This document shows positions 14,553-28,488 of a DNA stretch of 64,000 bases, piece by piece. The stretch is from the human T2T-CHM13v2.0 reference genome, Homo sapiens. The first letter of the stretch is position 1. Every line of letters begins with the position of its first letter. The DNA lies in assembly GCF_009914755.1 (NCBI RefSeq), contig NC_060937.1, one strand, 5' to 3'. The notes beneath the pieces were generated by a model. It saw only the letters and a list, made by a program, of their open reading frames with translations. It was not told the DNA's origin and made no database searches. Position numbers and translations under genes: made by a program.

Positions 14553-14565
14553 TGCGCGCGTGTGC
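14516..14565. repeat. (GT)n/(GC)n microsatellite
   Basis: 50 bp of uninterrupted purine-pyrimidine alternation. Confidence 0.97.
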
Positions 14566-17500
14566 TGAGAAATGAGGAGATTGGTTATGATGTTATACAG
14601 TAAATCATTTTATAGAAGAAGATTAATCTGGGAGTAAATTGCAAAGCCAAAGGATTACATGGCTAGGCTGATAGGTTGTGCTTTTTTGTTTTGTTTTGGT
14701 TGTTTGTTTGTTTTTTGGTAACTCAGTTCTGAAGTTGACGAGAACCCAGATTTGTATGTCATAGCAGTAGAAACAGAGAGGGAAGAGTTTGAAAGTATTC
14801 AAGTTAAAAGTTGAAAACAGTACATTGTTGGCTTGAAAGATGGTTAAAGAGCTTTAATTTCCTAATTATTTTGATGGATGAGAGGGAGGGAGGGGACTTT
14901 TTATCAACTAGTTATGTCCTTTTGAAAAACAAGTTGTTTGATTTTTTTATTAAGATCTAAATTTTAAAACATTACATCCTTTTAAAACATTAACTTAAGT
15001 TTTTGTTTATTTAAAGAGATATGTTGTTTGTTATGAACAGGATGTTACTATGAAATTTTTTGAAGATTGTATTTCTTTTTCTTTGCCATAAAAAATGAAT
15101 ATGATCATATTGTGGATAATTGTCCTAACCATAATTATAGCTCTGTTTTCTAGGGAAACAATGAAATATATTCTTGGAAGAAAATAAGTTTAGAAAATAC
15201 TCTTTAATCATCCCAGTGCAATTATATTCATTATTTATTTTGCTTTTTAAATCAGTAAATTATTAGCTACTGAAAATTATAATTATTACCAATGAATAGA
15301 TAAGGCTTTACATATTTCATCATTTAATTAATGATTAACTATTTTTTTGACTTTACAAGTAAATCATTCATTTTTGGAAATTTAAGTCAACCACTAAATA
15401 TTAATATTCTTTATATAATTTTACATTATTTCACTAAGACTAAAAGTGTACCTAAGATTGGTTGTTGTGAAGTTTTAAAAATGTGTATGCTTTTATTTTA
15501 AGAGATTAATATTATATATTATTAGGATATTATATGAGCAAACATGTTTTCTTCAATTTTTTTTTTAACCATGTATGTAGTCAGTCATTACTAAGAGAGA
15601 GTGAGTGGGGAGTCACTGCCCCATCCCTTTATCTCTGCGTACCACTGTTCTGAAGATATTTTGTTGATGACATATATGAGCAAGATATTTGGACAAAGAG
15701 TCTGTTTTCTGATCCTCTAGCTAATATGCATATATATGAAAAAAATTAATAACGTTCATATATGTGCTGTCTTTTGTTCATGCTCAAAGCAGTCTCAATG
15801 ATTTTTTCACAGGGGTGTTCTCCTGTATATACTTGAGGCCACCATCAGATTTTTAAATCCAGGCTTAGAATAGTGACTATAACCAGGTTTATCTTCTTTT
15901 ATGCATCCATGGTATATTGCCTTCTAAACTGTACCCAAATTCTTTATCAGAATCATTTTTAACAAAGTGCTCCAAGCTGTAACCTTCATTTGATGAACCT
16001 TGCTCTTTGAGTGGAGAACTATTTTTTATTCATGCCCTAGACTATTACCAAGCAGAGAGCTTGAAGGCAGTCCATTGTCCAGATATACTAATAAAATCGA
16101 CATTCATGGCTAGTTTTCCTAATGTGTGGGTATATGTCATTATCCATTCATGGTTTGTCTTTCATGCTTTTCATACACATCAAGCCAAATGTCTGGGACA
16201 CAAAGATGTCCAATATTTCCTTAATTTCAAGGAGCTCATAATTAAGTGTTACAGGAGAACACATGAACAAATTATTGTGCAGGTTGAATAAAGCTATTAG
16301 GTATAATGTGAAAGCATGCTCTAGGGCATAAAGGGAAAAAATGATGAGAGTGTTTATACTCTAAACTGCTATCATCATTGGAAAACAGCAGCTTTTAAAC
16401 CGAATAATTTCTTTAGCAATCACTAAATAATAGTTAAAATAAAAGAACCATCTCTTTAGCCCTTATTACATGCTAACACCTACAAATATTTAATTATCAA
16501 ATACCTCTTTAAAATTAGCCTTATACCAAAGTATTTTACTTTGATAAATCAGAGCTCATGAGCCTTTTCTCCAGACTCAACAAATCAAAATCTTATAATG
16601 TTATGAGGAACTCATGGATTAAATGTTTGTTTCATTGCTCAGCATACGTTTTAATGTATTTTGCTTTTCTGAGAAGGTGTTGTACCTTGTTTTCATTTAA
16701 TTTCTATAGCATATACACTTAGTGCTTAAGCTGTCATTATCTGATCTGCATTTGAGGAGCAAGCTATGTTAGCACTGTGAGCCATTCTCATTAGCAAGTC
16801 AATAATTGTGACAGTGCTTCTAAGTATGTAGACCTGTATTATAAATGTTAGGGGAGGTTTAGTAATGTAATGGGAGAGGCGGTCCCCATTCTTATCCTTT
16901 GTGTTACTTACAATTGGCTGACCTTTAACACATTCATGGGGTGTTTTATATGTGGTCCTGCGTTCAGAAATCAAATTCAGATTTTAGCAATTCTTTCATT
17001 AGCATTTTCTTTCCTATCAAGAATTTGAATGGGCACATACCAAGTCATTTAACCCTGCCTAAGCATCTTTTATCATTGAAAATATTTGATAAACTTATCA
17101 GACACCTCAATGTTTTCCTGAACAGAAAAAGTGACTTAATATTAATCTTTACAACCAGAGATTTGAGGAAAGCTATGCTTGTATTAGTTGGAGACCTCCC
17201 ATGCTTCAAAGTGTGTTGCTTCAGGTTGCCTTAGTTTGTTGGATAACCAGGCCCCTCTTTGAATTCACTGTATGCTTGTGATTAATGTCATTCACACAAC
17301 TTCTCTTTTCTTTATCCACAACCCAATGTTTTAATGAGATATGCTTTTCTGTTTTGTTTTATGTTTCTATTGTTTTCTAAGTTGGATTACTGAAAGCTTT
17401 TAGTCTGAAGGAAGGGAAAGGCCTGTGGAATCAATGCTGAACCTCTGTGGTGCCTACATTTACTTTTTTATCAACTTTATCAGAAAACTGAGTGGACCAT

Positions 17501-18256
17501 GGTAAATTCTTAATTGGTTTTGTTAAAACTACCAGTGAAGAGTGAAACACATGGAGCAGGCTTGAAACTTAATTGAAATCCAACATCAAGTATTTCTTGT
17601 TATACAGTCTGTCTTTTTTCCTTTTGGAATTTCTTTTGTCTGTTACTGTGCTATGATAAGCTCATCTGCGATTTCAGCACTTTGGAAGAGATATTTTACA
17701 AAGGAGGGGAGGATACAAGAGGAATGATAAATGGCAAGGAAAACCACTCACTCTTAATGCTTTTTGTCATACTCATGTCCTCTTGTCCCGTCAAACATAC
17801 CTTTTCTGCAATGAATTCAACTCATGTTATGTGACATTGTCATTTTACAAGGGAAGACTAGCCAGAGAATTTCTGATGGATGCCAAAGACATGGAGTGGT
17901 ACTTTACATTTTGTAGGTGATTGATAGGTTTAGTGTCTTGTATCTAGAAAGTGGACACATAGAGTAGAGCAGCTTATTCGAGACTCTTCTCCCTCCGTCC
18001 ATAGCCAAGGAAATTATAGGAAGCATTCTAGTTTGTTGAATGGTTCATAAATATGTGACAGTTTTTTTTGTTGGTTGGTTGGCTTTTGTTGTTTGATACT
18101 AATGGACCAAGAAGAAAAAAAAAGCAAATTTTTATTTTGAATAATGAGGGTGAATGAGTAATATGAGTAATATAGTTCTTTTCTGTAACAAATTTCAGAT
18201 AACTTGATTTAATTGGGAATAACATGTTTTCTAACATAGAAAAAAGAATATTGAGA

Positions 18257-20100
18257 CTCCAGTTCAACATGGTAACATGAGCAAATATGTTTATCTCTAT
18301 ACCCTCCTGAATATCTCACTAAGGCTAAAATAAAGGGGAAAAAAGGATAGAAACATACATGAATAAAGAGGATTGGAGAGGAGATAACAATCAGTTAGAA
18401 ATACTATGAATTTATGGATAATATAAATTAGAAGGAGGGGTTTCTAGAGCAGAAGAAGTTGCATACCTAGTGCTTGCAGGGGGAGGTGCCAACAAGCAGG
18501 AAGCAAAATCATGATTCAGAACCTGGGAGAGGACAGCAATTGGCAATGTGAGGAAGTGCGGAAGCCAGTTGTGAAATACGGGGCTGAAACAAGGAAGTTT
18601 GTTCAAAGTCTAAGTAGGGTATGTTATAGCTTTGCTATATGTTATAGTTTTGCTAAATTTTATAAATGTTGCTATATGTTATAGCTTTCCCTGCATGAAC
18701 AGACACTGACTACTGGAGTGCCCTTACTCTAGTCAGAATGAGGTTTATTCTATGGAGACATTGAACTTAGAGAGGTTGCATACATTGGAACACCATGCAC
18801 AGCTGGGGGTGGAGTCAGTCTCACAATACACAGTGAGATATCCCATCAATTACTTCCGATAGCATTGGCAGACTGGCCTATAACTGTCCCCTCATGCATC
18901 TCTACACAGATTAGTGAAAGCTAATTTTCTGGAGAAACTGGCTCCAGAGGAAAGAGATGGTGACATTTGAAGAGTCAGGTCACATTTGAAAATCTGTTCA
19001 CTCTGCAGTGAAACCCTTTGGTTGACAAGCTGCAGCCCTCGTGCATAGTGTTCCTAGGCTGTTTATTTTCTCACTTGTAAATATGTATAAGAATCACCAA
19101 GTGTTTGGAGTGTGCTCTGACAAGAAATAAATAGGCCACAAGAAGGGGAAAAACCCACTAAAAAGGAAATTGGAGAAACTAAATTAATAGGTATGGATCA
19201 GAAAAAATGGCTTAAATAAGCAAGAGAGAATGTTAACTTAGAGAAATAAAAGTTGCATCCACAAAACAGAATGTGATGCTATTACTGTCAGAGCTAATGA
19301 AGAACAAGAGAGACCTTGTGAGAACTAAAACTTTGGAAGCAGGAGTAAAATAAAGAGTAGAAGCATTTGAGCATTAAGGGTGTATCCTAGAAAATAGAAC
19401 AAGTAGAACATATAGTATCCAGCTTACACTGTTTTCAGAAAAAGAGCAGAACAAATAAAATAAATTCTCAAAGTAATAAAATTAAGTCCCAGGACGGAAG
19501 GAAAGGTGCTTCCACATGCTGAGTGCATTGCCAAATTAATGAAAAATGGGTAGAAACAAAATCGCAAAATTTCAGAACGCTAGGCATGAAGACCAGATCA
19601 CAGAGGCCTCTAGATGAGAAAAATACATATGTATTTTTCTCCTTCATATACAACATATGAAGGATTAAGAATCCAAGTGACATAGGATATACATGGAGCA
19701 TAGTGGAAACTAGAAGTGAAAGAAAATCGCAAAACAATAGCTGTTTGACAGCTCTAGGGAACAACAAACCCAAATTGGAGCATGAGCCCTGATGGCTTCA
19801 GGAAGATAGATCAACTGATATCTTTGATCATATGAAAATCCATACTGAAAGTGATTTTAATGTTGGAGAATTTTGGAGTCTAAGCAAAGGGGAAAAGGAC
19901 AGGCAACTGTTAAATCCAGGAAAAATATAAAGTTTTACAAGAAGGGAAATATCATAATAGACTATTTGGCTTATCAGAGAAAATATATACTCATAATAAT
20001 GCAAATACTGCCTAATACCTTTAAAAAGTGAAATTTTATATTTGTTCCAGAATAACTGACTCTTAGGAGTTATACATTGCCTTGCAGTTATTAAGGAGTA
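18257..20100 (+). mobile_element. HAL1 / ancient L1M 5' UTR-ORF1-like relic
   Basis: CCAGTTCAACATGG-type 5' head and an A-rich degenerate ORF1-like body with AAATTTCAGAACGCTAGG...GAGGCCTCTAGA and CCAAATTGGAGCA blocks. No open frame remains. Confidence 0.6.
18620..18688. repeat. 18-bp minisatellite, about 4 copies
   Basis: TATGTTATAGCTTTGCTA / TATGTTATAGTTTTGCTA / AATTTTATAAATGTTGCTA / TATGTTATAGCTTT. Confidence 0.85.
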
Positions 20101-21950
20101 ATAAATTACCAAGTATATTCTTTTAACTACATTTTAAAGTGATTCCCTTATATATATAAATTTTTTAAATGTTTAGCTATTTATTAAAGAAAGTGCTCAA
20201 AGTAAAGGAGAGGGCTTCAATTCATTAGAGAAAAACAAATAATATTAGTAAACTATTGGAATCAGAATGTTTTGAGAGGAAACGAATTATCTTGTTGCTG
20301 ATAGATATCTCAGAATTTTAAATGATATTAAGTATATGGACTAAGTGGTATTGTTTATATAAGAATATTGTGACTTTCGCAAATAGTGATAACCATCTGG
20401 GAATATTTCTTCTGGAAAGTAGTGTATATATTATATATATATATATACACACACACTCTATTATGATATTCTTTTGATGATATGATGGATTCACTTTGGG
20501 GCTATAGCCACAGAATTATGTAGTATAGCAGTAAATTGATTAGCAGTTTATTAAACTGCAAAAGAAAATTCTGTAACTTTCTTTTCTGTTCAACTACTAA
20601 TGCTTTACAAATAAGAACCGGTGTTCAACAAATCTTCATGGCGGAGTACAGAGTGATTTTTAAGACAGGTGAAGTATTGTGTTTCTCATTGCTAATTCAA
20701 CGAATTTCTATTGTAACAATAGCGGTTTTTTAAATTGCAATGGTTTTTGTTTTTTCTCTAATCAGCACCATGCTGCTTATAAATGAAAAGGTTCACTTTA
20801 AATTTTTTTCTGCAGTATGCTTGATTGTTAATTTCCAGGTCAGCATCTAGTCTATCAAAGTTTCATGGGATGATAATTTATGGTTATAATGGACAGTCTA
20901 TTTAAAACTATGATGAGGTCACTCTGTCTTAAGAAGCTGAAGTACTGTATTCCATTCTCTCGCTTACTCAGAATTGCATCACGTTAGTTTGCTAATTTCC
21001 CATCTTTAAGGATTGTGTTTTGTTCAAATAAAACTTCAGCCTTCCCAGTGCCTAATTTATTACTAGCCATTCACATTTCATTAATTGGGTGCCTGATTTA
21101 TTAGGCAAATCGCATTACTTGCTTTCTTCCCTTCCCTCCCCTCCATTTTCCTTCTGCTGCCCTCCTTACCAGGTAAAGGAATGATTTCTCTTTCCCAGGT
21201 AGTGCTTTCTTCTGTTATTTCTTGGATTTGAGGGTTCTAATCTTATCTCGTGCTGTATATAGTGCAGATTTTAAGTTTAACTAAAAAATCCTTCTCTGAT
21301 TCCAGCGTCAAATATACTATTTTTAGAACTGTAGTTGAATGAATTTAGCACATTTTCCAGCAATAACAATAGAATCAGAGGTTCAGAGAATTAGGGTTGA
21401 AATGGACCTTAGAATGTGTTTATTTTAAACCCATCAAGTTCAAATAAAAAATGATTTTTCTTAAAGCAGGAGCATTTATATTTCTCTCTAGAAAATATCA
21501 GTAAATACACTCATCTAATAAATAAAAGAAGTTGCATCACTAAGGCACTGCCCCAAATGCTCCATATCTGTGAGCAGACTAGACAACAAAATACAAGTTG
21601 CCCCTGATCTTTTACCAAGAATTCTCAGCCCATTTCAACATCTAGTGTGAGACCAGCATTAGCTACCTGCTGGATGGGCTTTCTGGTGGGGTTACATCTA
21701 GAAGTACAGAACTTCTCAAACTCTCTGTCGTGATGAATCAGTCTTCCTCTTCCTCCCTTCTTCCCCCTCCTCCACCTCCTGCTCTCTTTTTTCTTCCAAT
21801 CCATTGCAGATTGGTTCTCTCATAAAATACAGCTAAATTAATTTATACAATTGTATAAAAAGACACATAAAATACATGCCCCAAATTGTTATTATTAGAT
21901 CTAATGGACAAGAAAACGTTGACTTGCTACCAAAATTTCTAAGTTTATTC

Positions 21951-22750
<800 letters not shown>

Positions 22751-23646
22751 TAGTCTTAGGGTCTGGAACAAAGCAGTTCAGTTTGAGTAACATTACTCTA
22801 CTCTGCTACGTTTGATGGCCATGTAATGAGCTTTCCATTTACTTTCTGCTAAGATTGGACACATCTAAAATATTTGGCAATACAAATGATTTCTTTATAT
22901 TTTCTATCTGTTTTGGGGACCATTGGTAGGCATATTTTTAATGTCAGATTATATATGTTAAATTCATTATGTAATATAAATTTCATAGTAGTCAACTCAT
23001 CAAAGTGTCTTTATTAATATTTTTGTGATGCTCACCATTATATAGTTAAGAAATTTACGATAGCATCATTGACGACACATTATATGTGGACAAACTTATT
23101 AAGTAATAGGAAAAGAATGTGGGGGATGTATGTGTGAGATATGTGATATATATCAGTTTTCAGCACTTATCCTACCAATGGCCTCTCATAGAATGGTCTC
23201 TCCTACCATTTTTCTTTTCTTCCTTTTCCTTTCTTTTCTGCCATCCAAACTTCCACCTCATTTCTTCATGAGCGTTTCACTGTTTTATTAGGTTATGCCT
23301 CAGTTGCCAGTTTTCACCTGTCTTCCAAGCCCAGATCCCATTTTGTGTGGGGTTAGCAAGTTCCGCCTCCTCAACAGGACTATGCCTGTGTGGCTCTTCT
23401 TCATGCTGTTTTACTTACATTATATAATTGTTAATTCAGTATGGAGTACCATGATAAATATTTGGGATAAAAAGAGGAGAGCATGGACCCTGCACCCAAG
23501 GACTTAGAGTTTGGTAGGAGACAGTTAGTAAATTGTTAATAGTAGCTGTGATAATAGTCTTTATAAAGTATGATGAGGACATAAAAGAGGGAGCAGGTAG
23601 TTTCCTTTGGGAATAGGTCAAGAAAAGCTTTATTAAATTATGCCAG

Positions 23647-24374
23647 TTAGTACAACCACTAAGGAGAACAGTTGGGTGATTCCGCAAAAAACTAAAAATA
23701 GAGCAACCATATGCTCCAGCAGTCCCACTGCTGGGTATATACCCAGAGGAAAGGAAACCATTATATTGAAGGAGATATCTGCACAACCATGTTTGTTACA
23801 GCCCTGTTCACAATAGCCAAGATTTGGAAGCAACCTAAGTGTCCATCAACAGATGAATGGATAAAGAAAATGTGGTACATATACATAGTGGAGTACTATT
23901 CAGCCATTAAAAAAGAATAAGATCCTGTCATTTGCAACAACATGGATAGAATTGGACATCATTTTGTTGAGTGAAATAAGCCAGGCACAGAAAGATAAAC
24001 ATCACATATTCTCACTTATTTGTGGGGTCTAAAAATCAAAACAATTGAACTCATGGAGATAGAGAATAGAAGAATGGTTACCAGAGGCTGGGAATGGTAG
24101 TTTGCAGGGGGGATGGTAAGTGGGTACAAAAAAGATAGAAAGAATGAATAAGACCTAGTATTTGATAGTAAAATAGGGAGACTATAGTCAATAATTTAAT
24201 TTAAAATAACTAAAAGAGTATAATTGGATTGTTTGTAACACAAAGGATAGATACTTAGGGGGATGGAAACCCCATTCTTTATCATGTGGTTATTATGTAT
24301 TACATGCTTGTATCAAAATATCTCATGTATGTATGTGTGTGTATATATATATATGTGTATATATATATACACAC

Positions 24375-24427
<53 letters not shown>

Positions 24428-24500
24428 CTCTGAGCAGCCTAGACAACAAAATATGTACTACTATGTACCCACTAAAATTAAAAATAAAAATTTTTAAAAA
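23647..24500 (+). mobile_element. L1MA (MA2/MA3-like) ORF2 3' end and 3' UTR
   Basis: Translated remnant ICTTMFVTALFTIAKIWKQPKCPSTDEWIKKMWYIY is homologous to the ORF2p C-terminus. L1MA-type 3' UTR and A-rich tail follow. It interrupts an L2-like fragment. Confidence 0.93.
24325..24423. repeat. Compound TA/TG/CA microsatellite: 62-bp palindrome plus (AT)19
   Basis: Arms 24325-24353 and 24358-24386 are exact reverse complements. A pure AT run spans 24385-24423. Confidence 0.95.
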
Positions 24501-25396
24501 GTGTGACAGTTGAGCTATGTTAAGAGGATTAAGTATTGGAGGATGTGGCTGTCTCATATGGGGGGTTGGGGTTGCAGTATATTCTAAGGCACATGGAATC
24601 TGGAAAAGGCATTGAAATGAGTAAATGTTAAGAGATTTCAGCTTTGGAGCTATGTGTTCAGACACCCACAGTTTATACAGCTTGAGTGGTGGCCCTTTGA
24701 TTTATGCTGTTTTTAGGCCCCTCTAGTAGGAATCAAAAGTGTTTTTTACTTTTTAAGACTCAACTGGAGCCAGCGTGAAACCTACCCCTCTAATGTATTT
24801 GCCTGGAAAAAACGAAAAAAGGAATTCATGCACAGCAATTGAGCTATTAAAATTTTGTAGGCATTTCTCTATGTTTTGGAAAACTTAGGAATATCTCTGG
24901 ATGTGCATGCTTAGGAACATGCTAGACATTAAGAAGGTGTTTCAGACCTAATTTATTTGGATTTGTATCATTATAATTTCTAGCCAGTTAGTCCCCACAT
25001 AACCCCCCACAATAAAATTAAGAGGTGGTTTTATACTGGTGTTTGGTTTTTGTAGTTAATAGCTGTTTATAGGAGCATATTTGTGTATATTTTTAATTTT
25101 CATGATTAATGGCAGTATTTTTAAGGTCTAATGTGGCTTTTGTGAAGGGTACATGCAATGCATTGCTTTATACTTACAGACAATAAGGATTTAATTTATC
25201 CCACCTTGGTTAGGAATTCAGATGGTAGCAATGGGTAGCGTATACTCAGTAAGAGAGGAACACAGGTGATGTGGTGGAGGCAGATGAGTGAGACAGTGAG
25301 TGAGATGCTAGAAGAGTAAGCAGTGGCCATTCTAAGGTGCTGCAGTTTGATTTTTAGGCTATGGGAGACCTTAAAGAGTTTTAAAGAGTAATGGAA

Positions 25397-25540
25397 GAAA
25401 ATCACTTACTGGGTACAATGATCACTACTGGGGCAATGAGTACACTGCAAGTCCAGACTTCACCACTTTGCAATGTATGTATGTAACAAACTGCCCTTGT
25501 ACTCCTTAAATCTACAAAAAGAAAAAAGAAAGAGAGAAAA
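25397..25540 (+). mobile_element. L1PB-like extreme 3' fragment inserted in L2
   Basis: GGGTACAATG...CCAGACTTCACCACT...ATGTAACAAACTGC plus an A-rich tail. TSD AAAGAGTAATGGA / AAAGAGTGATGGA. Confidence 0.8.
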
Positions 25541-25714
25541 AAAGAGTGATGGAGGGTGTGGGTGGGAGTGGAGCATCTTATTTGTGTTGTAGATGTATCC
25601 ATCTGGTAGTAATATGTACTGATAGGAGATGAAATCAAAGCCCTAGGGACTAATGAGGAGACTCTGGCAGTGTGGATACAGAGGAGGTATTCAGGGCCCT
25701 GCCTGCATGGTTAC

Positions 25715-25830
25715 CACTTTTATTCATTCAACAGATGTTCATTAAGTTCCAACTAGTGACTAGGTACTGGGACATAATGGAGAGTAACATAGTCGTGGTT
25801 TGTACCTTTAGGGAGCACAGGGAGAATTAT
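25715..25830 (-). mobile_element. L2 3' end
   Basis: TTATTCATTCAACAGATGTTCATTAAG...CTAGGTACTGGGA. Confidence 0.6.
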
Positions 25831-26031
25831 CTGACAGCTTCCAGGTCTCTGTTTAGGTGACTAGATGGAACCTAGTGCCCTGAGTGCACTCAGCACCACA
25901 GGGAAAACCGGAGGAGAAAGAGGCTGTGTGTATAGTTGAGGGGTGGCTTTGCAGCAGTTGTAGATGACATTGGGTTTTGGATAAACTGAGCTAAAGTAGT
26001 TTGAGAGGCTGTGGGGTTGAGAGGTATAGGC

Positions 26032-26190
26032 CAGTGCTTCTTAGACCATAGTGTGCATTGGACTATCTGGGCAATCTTGTTCAATTGCAAATTCTCATGC
26101 AATAGGTCTGGGTGGGGCTTGAGATTCTTTACTTATTACTGCCAGGTGAGCTGATGCTGCTGGTCCATGGGTCATACTTTAAGCAGTAGA
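26032..26190. mobile_element. MER5B-like hAT MITE
   Basis: CAGTGCTTCT...AGGTCTGGGTGGGGCTTGAGATTCT...TGATGCTGCTGGTCCATGG. Confidence 0.75.
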
Positions 26191-26237
26191 AGTGTAGTTA
26201 AGAAGCTGGTTAAGAATATCTACATTCTCTCTCTGGC

Positions 26238-26273
26238 TACACACACGCACACGCACACACACACACGTGTACG
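26238..26273. repeat. Imperfect (CA)n
   Basis: ACACACACGCACACGCACACACACACACGTGTACG. Confidence 0.85.
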
Positions 26274-28188
26274 CAGTTCAAGCTTTAGAAGAAACTTATA
26301 AAAAATCTTTGGGAGTAGAACCGTTTACAGATTGGGGAGTAGCTGCATATGTGTACATATACAAGCACTTATGATAAAATTGCTTTTGCAGAAAGTCCAT
26401 AATCTCTAGGTCATCTGGAAAATATTTCTTTATGTCAAACATGTACAGAACATATTTTGTTGACTTTGCTTGTGGCTGTCAAAGGGGAATATTGAACTCA
26501 TATTTACAGATAACCATTTCCAAACCATACTTTATTTTCAAGTGTTGCCTTTTCAACTCTAATCCATAAAATCTGAAAAGTGGTAAAAAAGAGAAAACAA
26601 AATGTCCAGCGAACATTTTTTTAAATACTGTGCTTCTGTGAAGGAAATACTGTGTAGTGTCTGTTGCCTGAGGGGAAGAAGATAGCAAATGTCATTTGTG
26701 GAATAAATATATATAATTGCATGTCATATTCTGAGCCTGCACTAAAAAGCTGTAGGTGTTATTGGTTTTCACTGGTTGATTGCCTCGCTAGACAAAACAG
26801 TTGAGAAGGAATCTTCAGCTTCTTGTTCTCTTCATTTTAGAAAAGAAAAAAAGGATGAGAATACAGAAAGTGGCTTTGCTAAGTTGGAGAGAACAGGGAG
26901 GTAGGATTTTTTTCCGGTAGTTTTTGATGTGTTCAAATGTGATCAAGATTTATGTAGTAACTAGGCGTTTGACTTACCTCTATCTTTTTAATAAGCCTTA
27001 GTTACACTTGTGATGACTGGTGATCATTTTATTTGTTCTAAGCATTGTTCAAATAAATTATTAGGGAATTGGAGCAAATACTGCTTTTCCAGTGTGGTTA
27101 TTTCTCTGATTGTGATACCTTTCTTTACTGTGACTGTTGAGATGATGTGGTCTGTGTGACAGTCGAATATACTGTATGAATAATACTTTCCACTTCTTAG
27201 TTGGGTTTGCAGTTTTATTTCCTTTTACACTTGTTCATTGACTCTACTTTCATTTAACAGGAAAAAAATCAATTGCATAGGAGAAAATAGAGATGTTTCA
27301 GTCTCGTTAATAGACTGAAACCTCATTAGGGAGACAATGGTTATGTAATGAAAGGTGCTTAACATCAGAAGACCTGGATTAAAATCCTGGCTCAGATCCT
27401 GGCTAGTTTAGGAAACATCTCACAGTCTCAGTCTCCTTGGCTTGGAATACAAGCACAGGCAAAATGCATTTATGATACAGTAATAAGTGTGCCGTGTGAA
27501 AACATTCTCATGTAGACAGCATTCTTAGTGAAGTGCTTCAAATTAAAATTATATATAATATATATATATGTATTAAACGGAATAAGTGTCTTAGCTAATG
27601 GCATGAAATGCAAATGTCTAATAAAATGTTAAACTCATATTTTAAGCCTTCTAAATTTTCAGACTTGAAATTGGTGGCAAAATGAATGGTCAATGCCTTG
27701 ACCAAAGGATCAGACACTCTCTGTAGAACTGACTCCTCAGATTCAGGGAAGATAATGCAGAGCTTTGAGGAAATACATAAATATAAAAAACAACTTTAAA
27801 AAAATGGCCATTTTGGTTTTATATTTTTTATTTTTTTCCTTCCAAATGATTACATATTTTTATTCCTTCCAAACCATTATGTATTTTCTTTCTCTTGCAT
27901 GATTCTAGTAAATTTTACTTTTTTGTAATTTTCTACCTCAGGAACCTATCTGAAGACTTAAAGCAAATTCCCAGGAACACTTACATGCATGATGTTTATA
28001 GCTGCTCATGTACTATACTTGTATATATTAGATACTAGAAAACTCTTGTTTCTCCAGTAATATTTGTGAGAGAATATATGTGTATGTGTGTGTTATATTC
28101 TAAAGAACAAACAAAATAATTAGCTACAGTCTATAGAGGTTACCTTGGTTGTTTGTCTTAATGTTTTTGCTCAAAAAATGTCACTCAG

Positions 28189-28488
28189 GGCTGGGTGCTG
28201 TGGCTCACTCCTGTAATCTTAGCATTTTGGGAGACTGAGGCACAAGGATCGCTTGAGCCCAGGAGTTCGAGACCAGCCTGGGCAACATGGCAAAACCCTG
28301 TCTCTACAAAATATACAAAAAATTAGCCTGGCGTGGTGGCATACACCTGTAGTTGCAGCTACTCAGGAGGCTGAGGTGGGAGGATCAATTGAGCCCAGGA
28401 GGTCAAGGCTACAGTGAGCTGTGATCACACCACTGTACTCCAGCCTGGGTGAAACAGCAAGACCTTGTCTCAATTAAAAAAAAAAAAA
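28189..28488 (+). mobile_element. AluJ
   Basis: GGATCGCTTGAGCCCAGGAG and GGTCAAGGCTACAGTG are J diagnostics. TSD core GTCACTCAG at 28180 and 28489. Confidence 0.95.

Noticed and set aside
24286-24665. ORFs with IYIYIY runs
   Set aside because: They are translations of the (TA)n microsatellite.
27295-27321. 10-bp hairpin GTTTCAGTCT/AGACTGAAAC
   Set aside because: It is an isolated short inverted repeat with no supporting context, and too short for a pre-miRNA.
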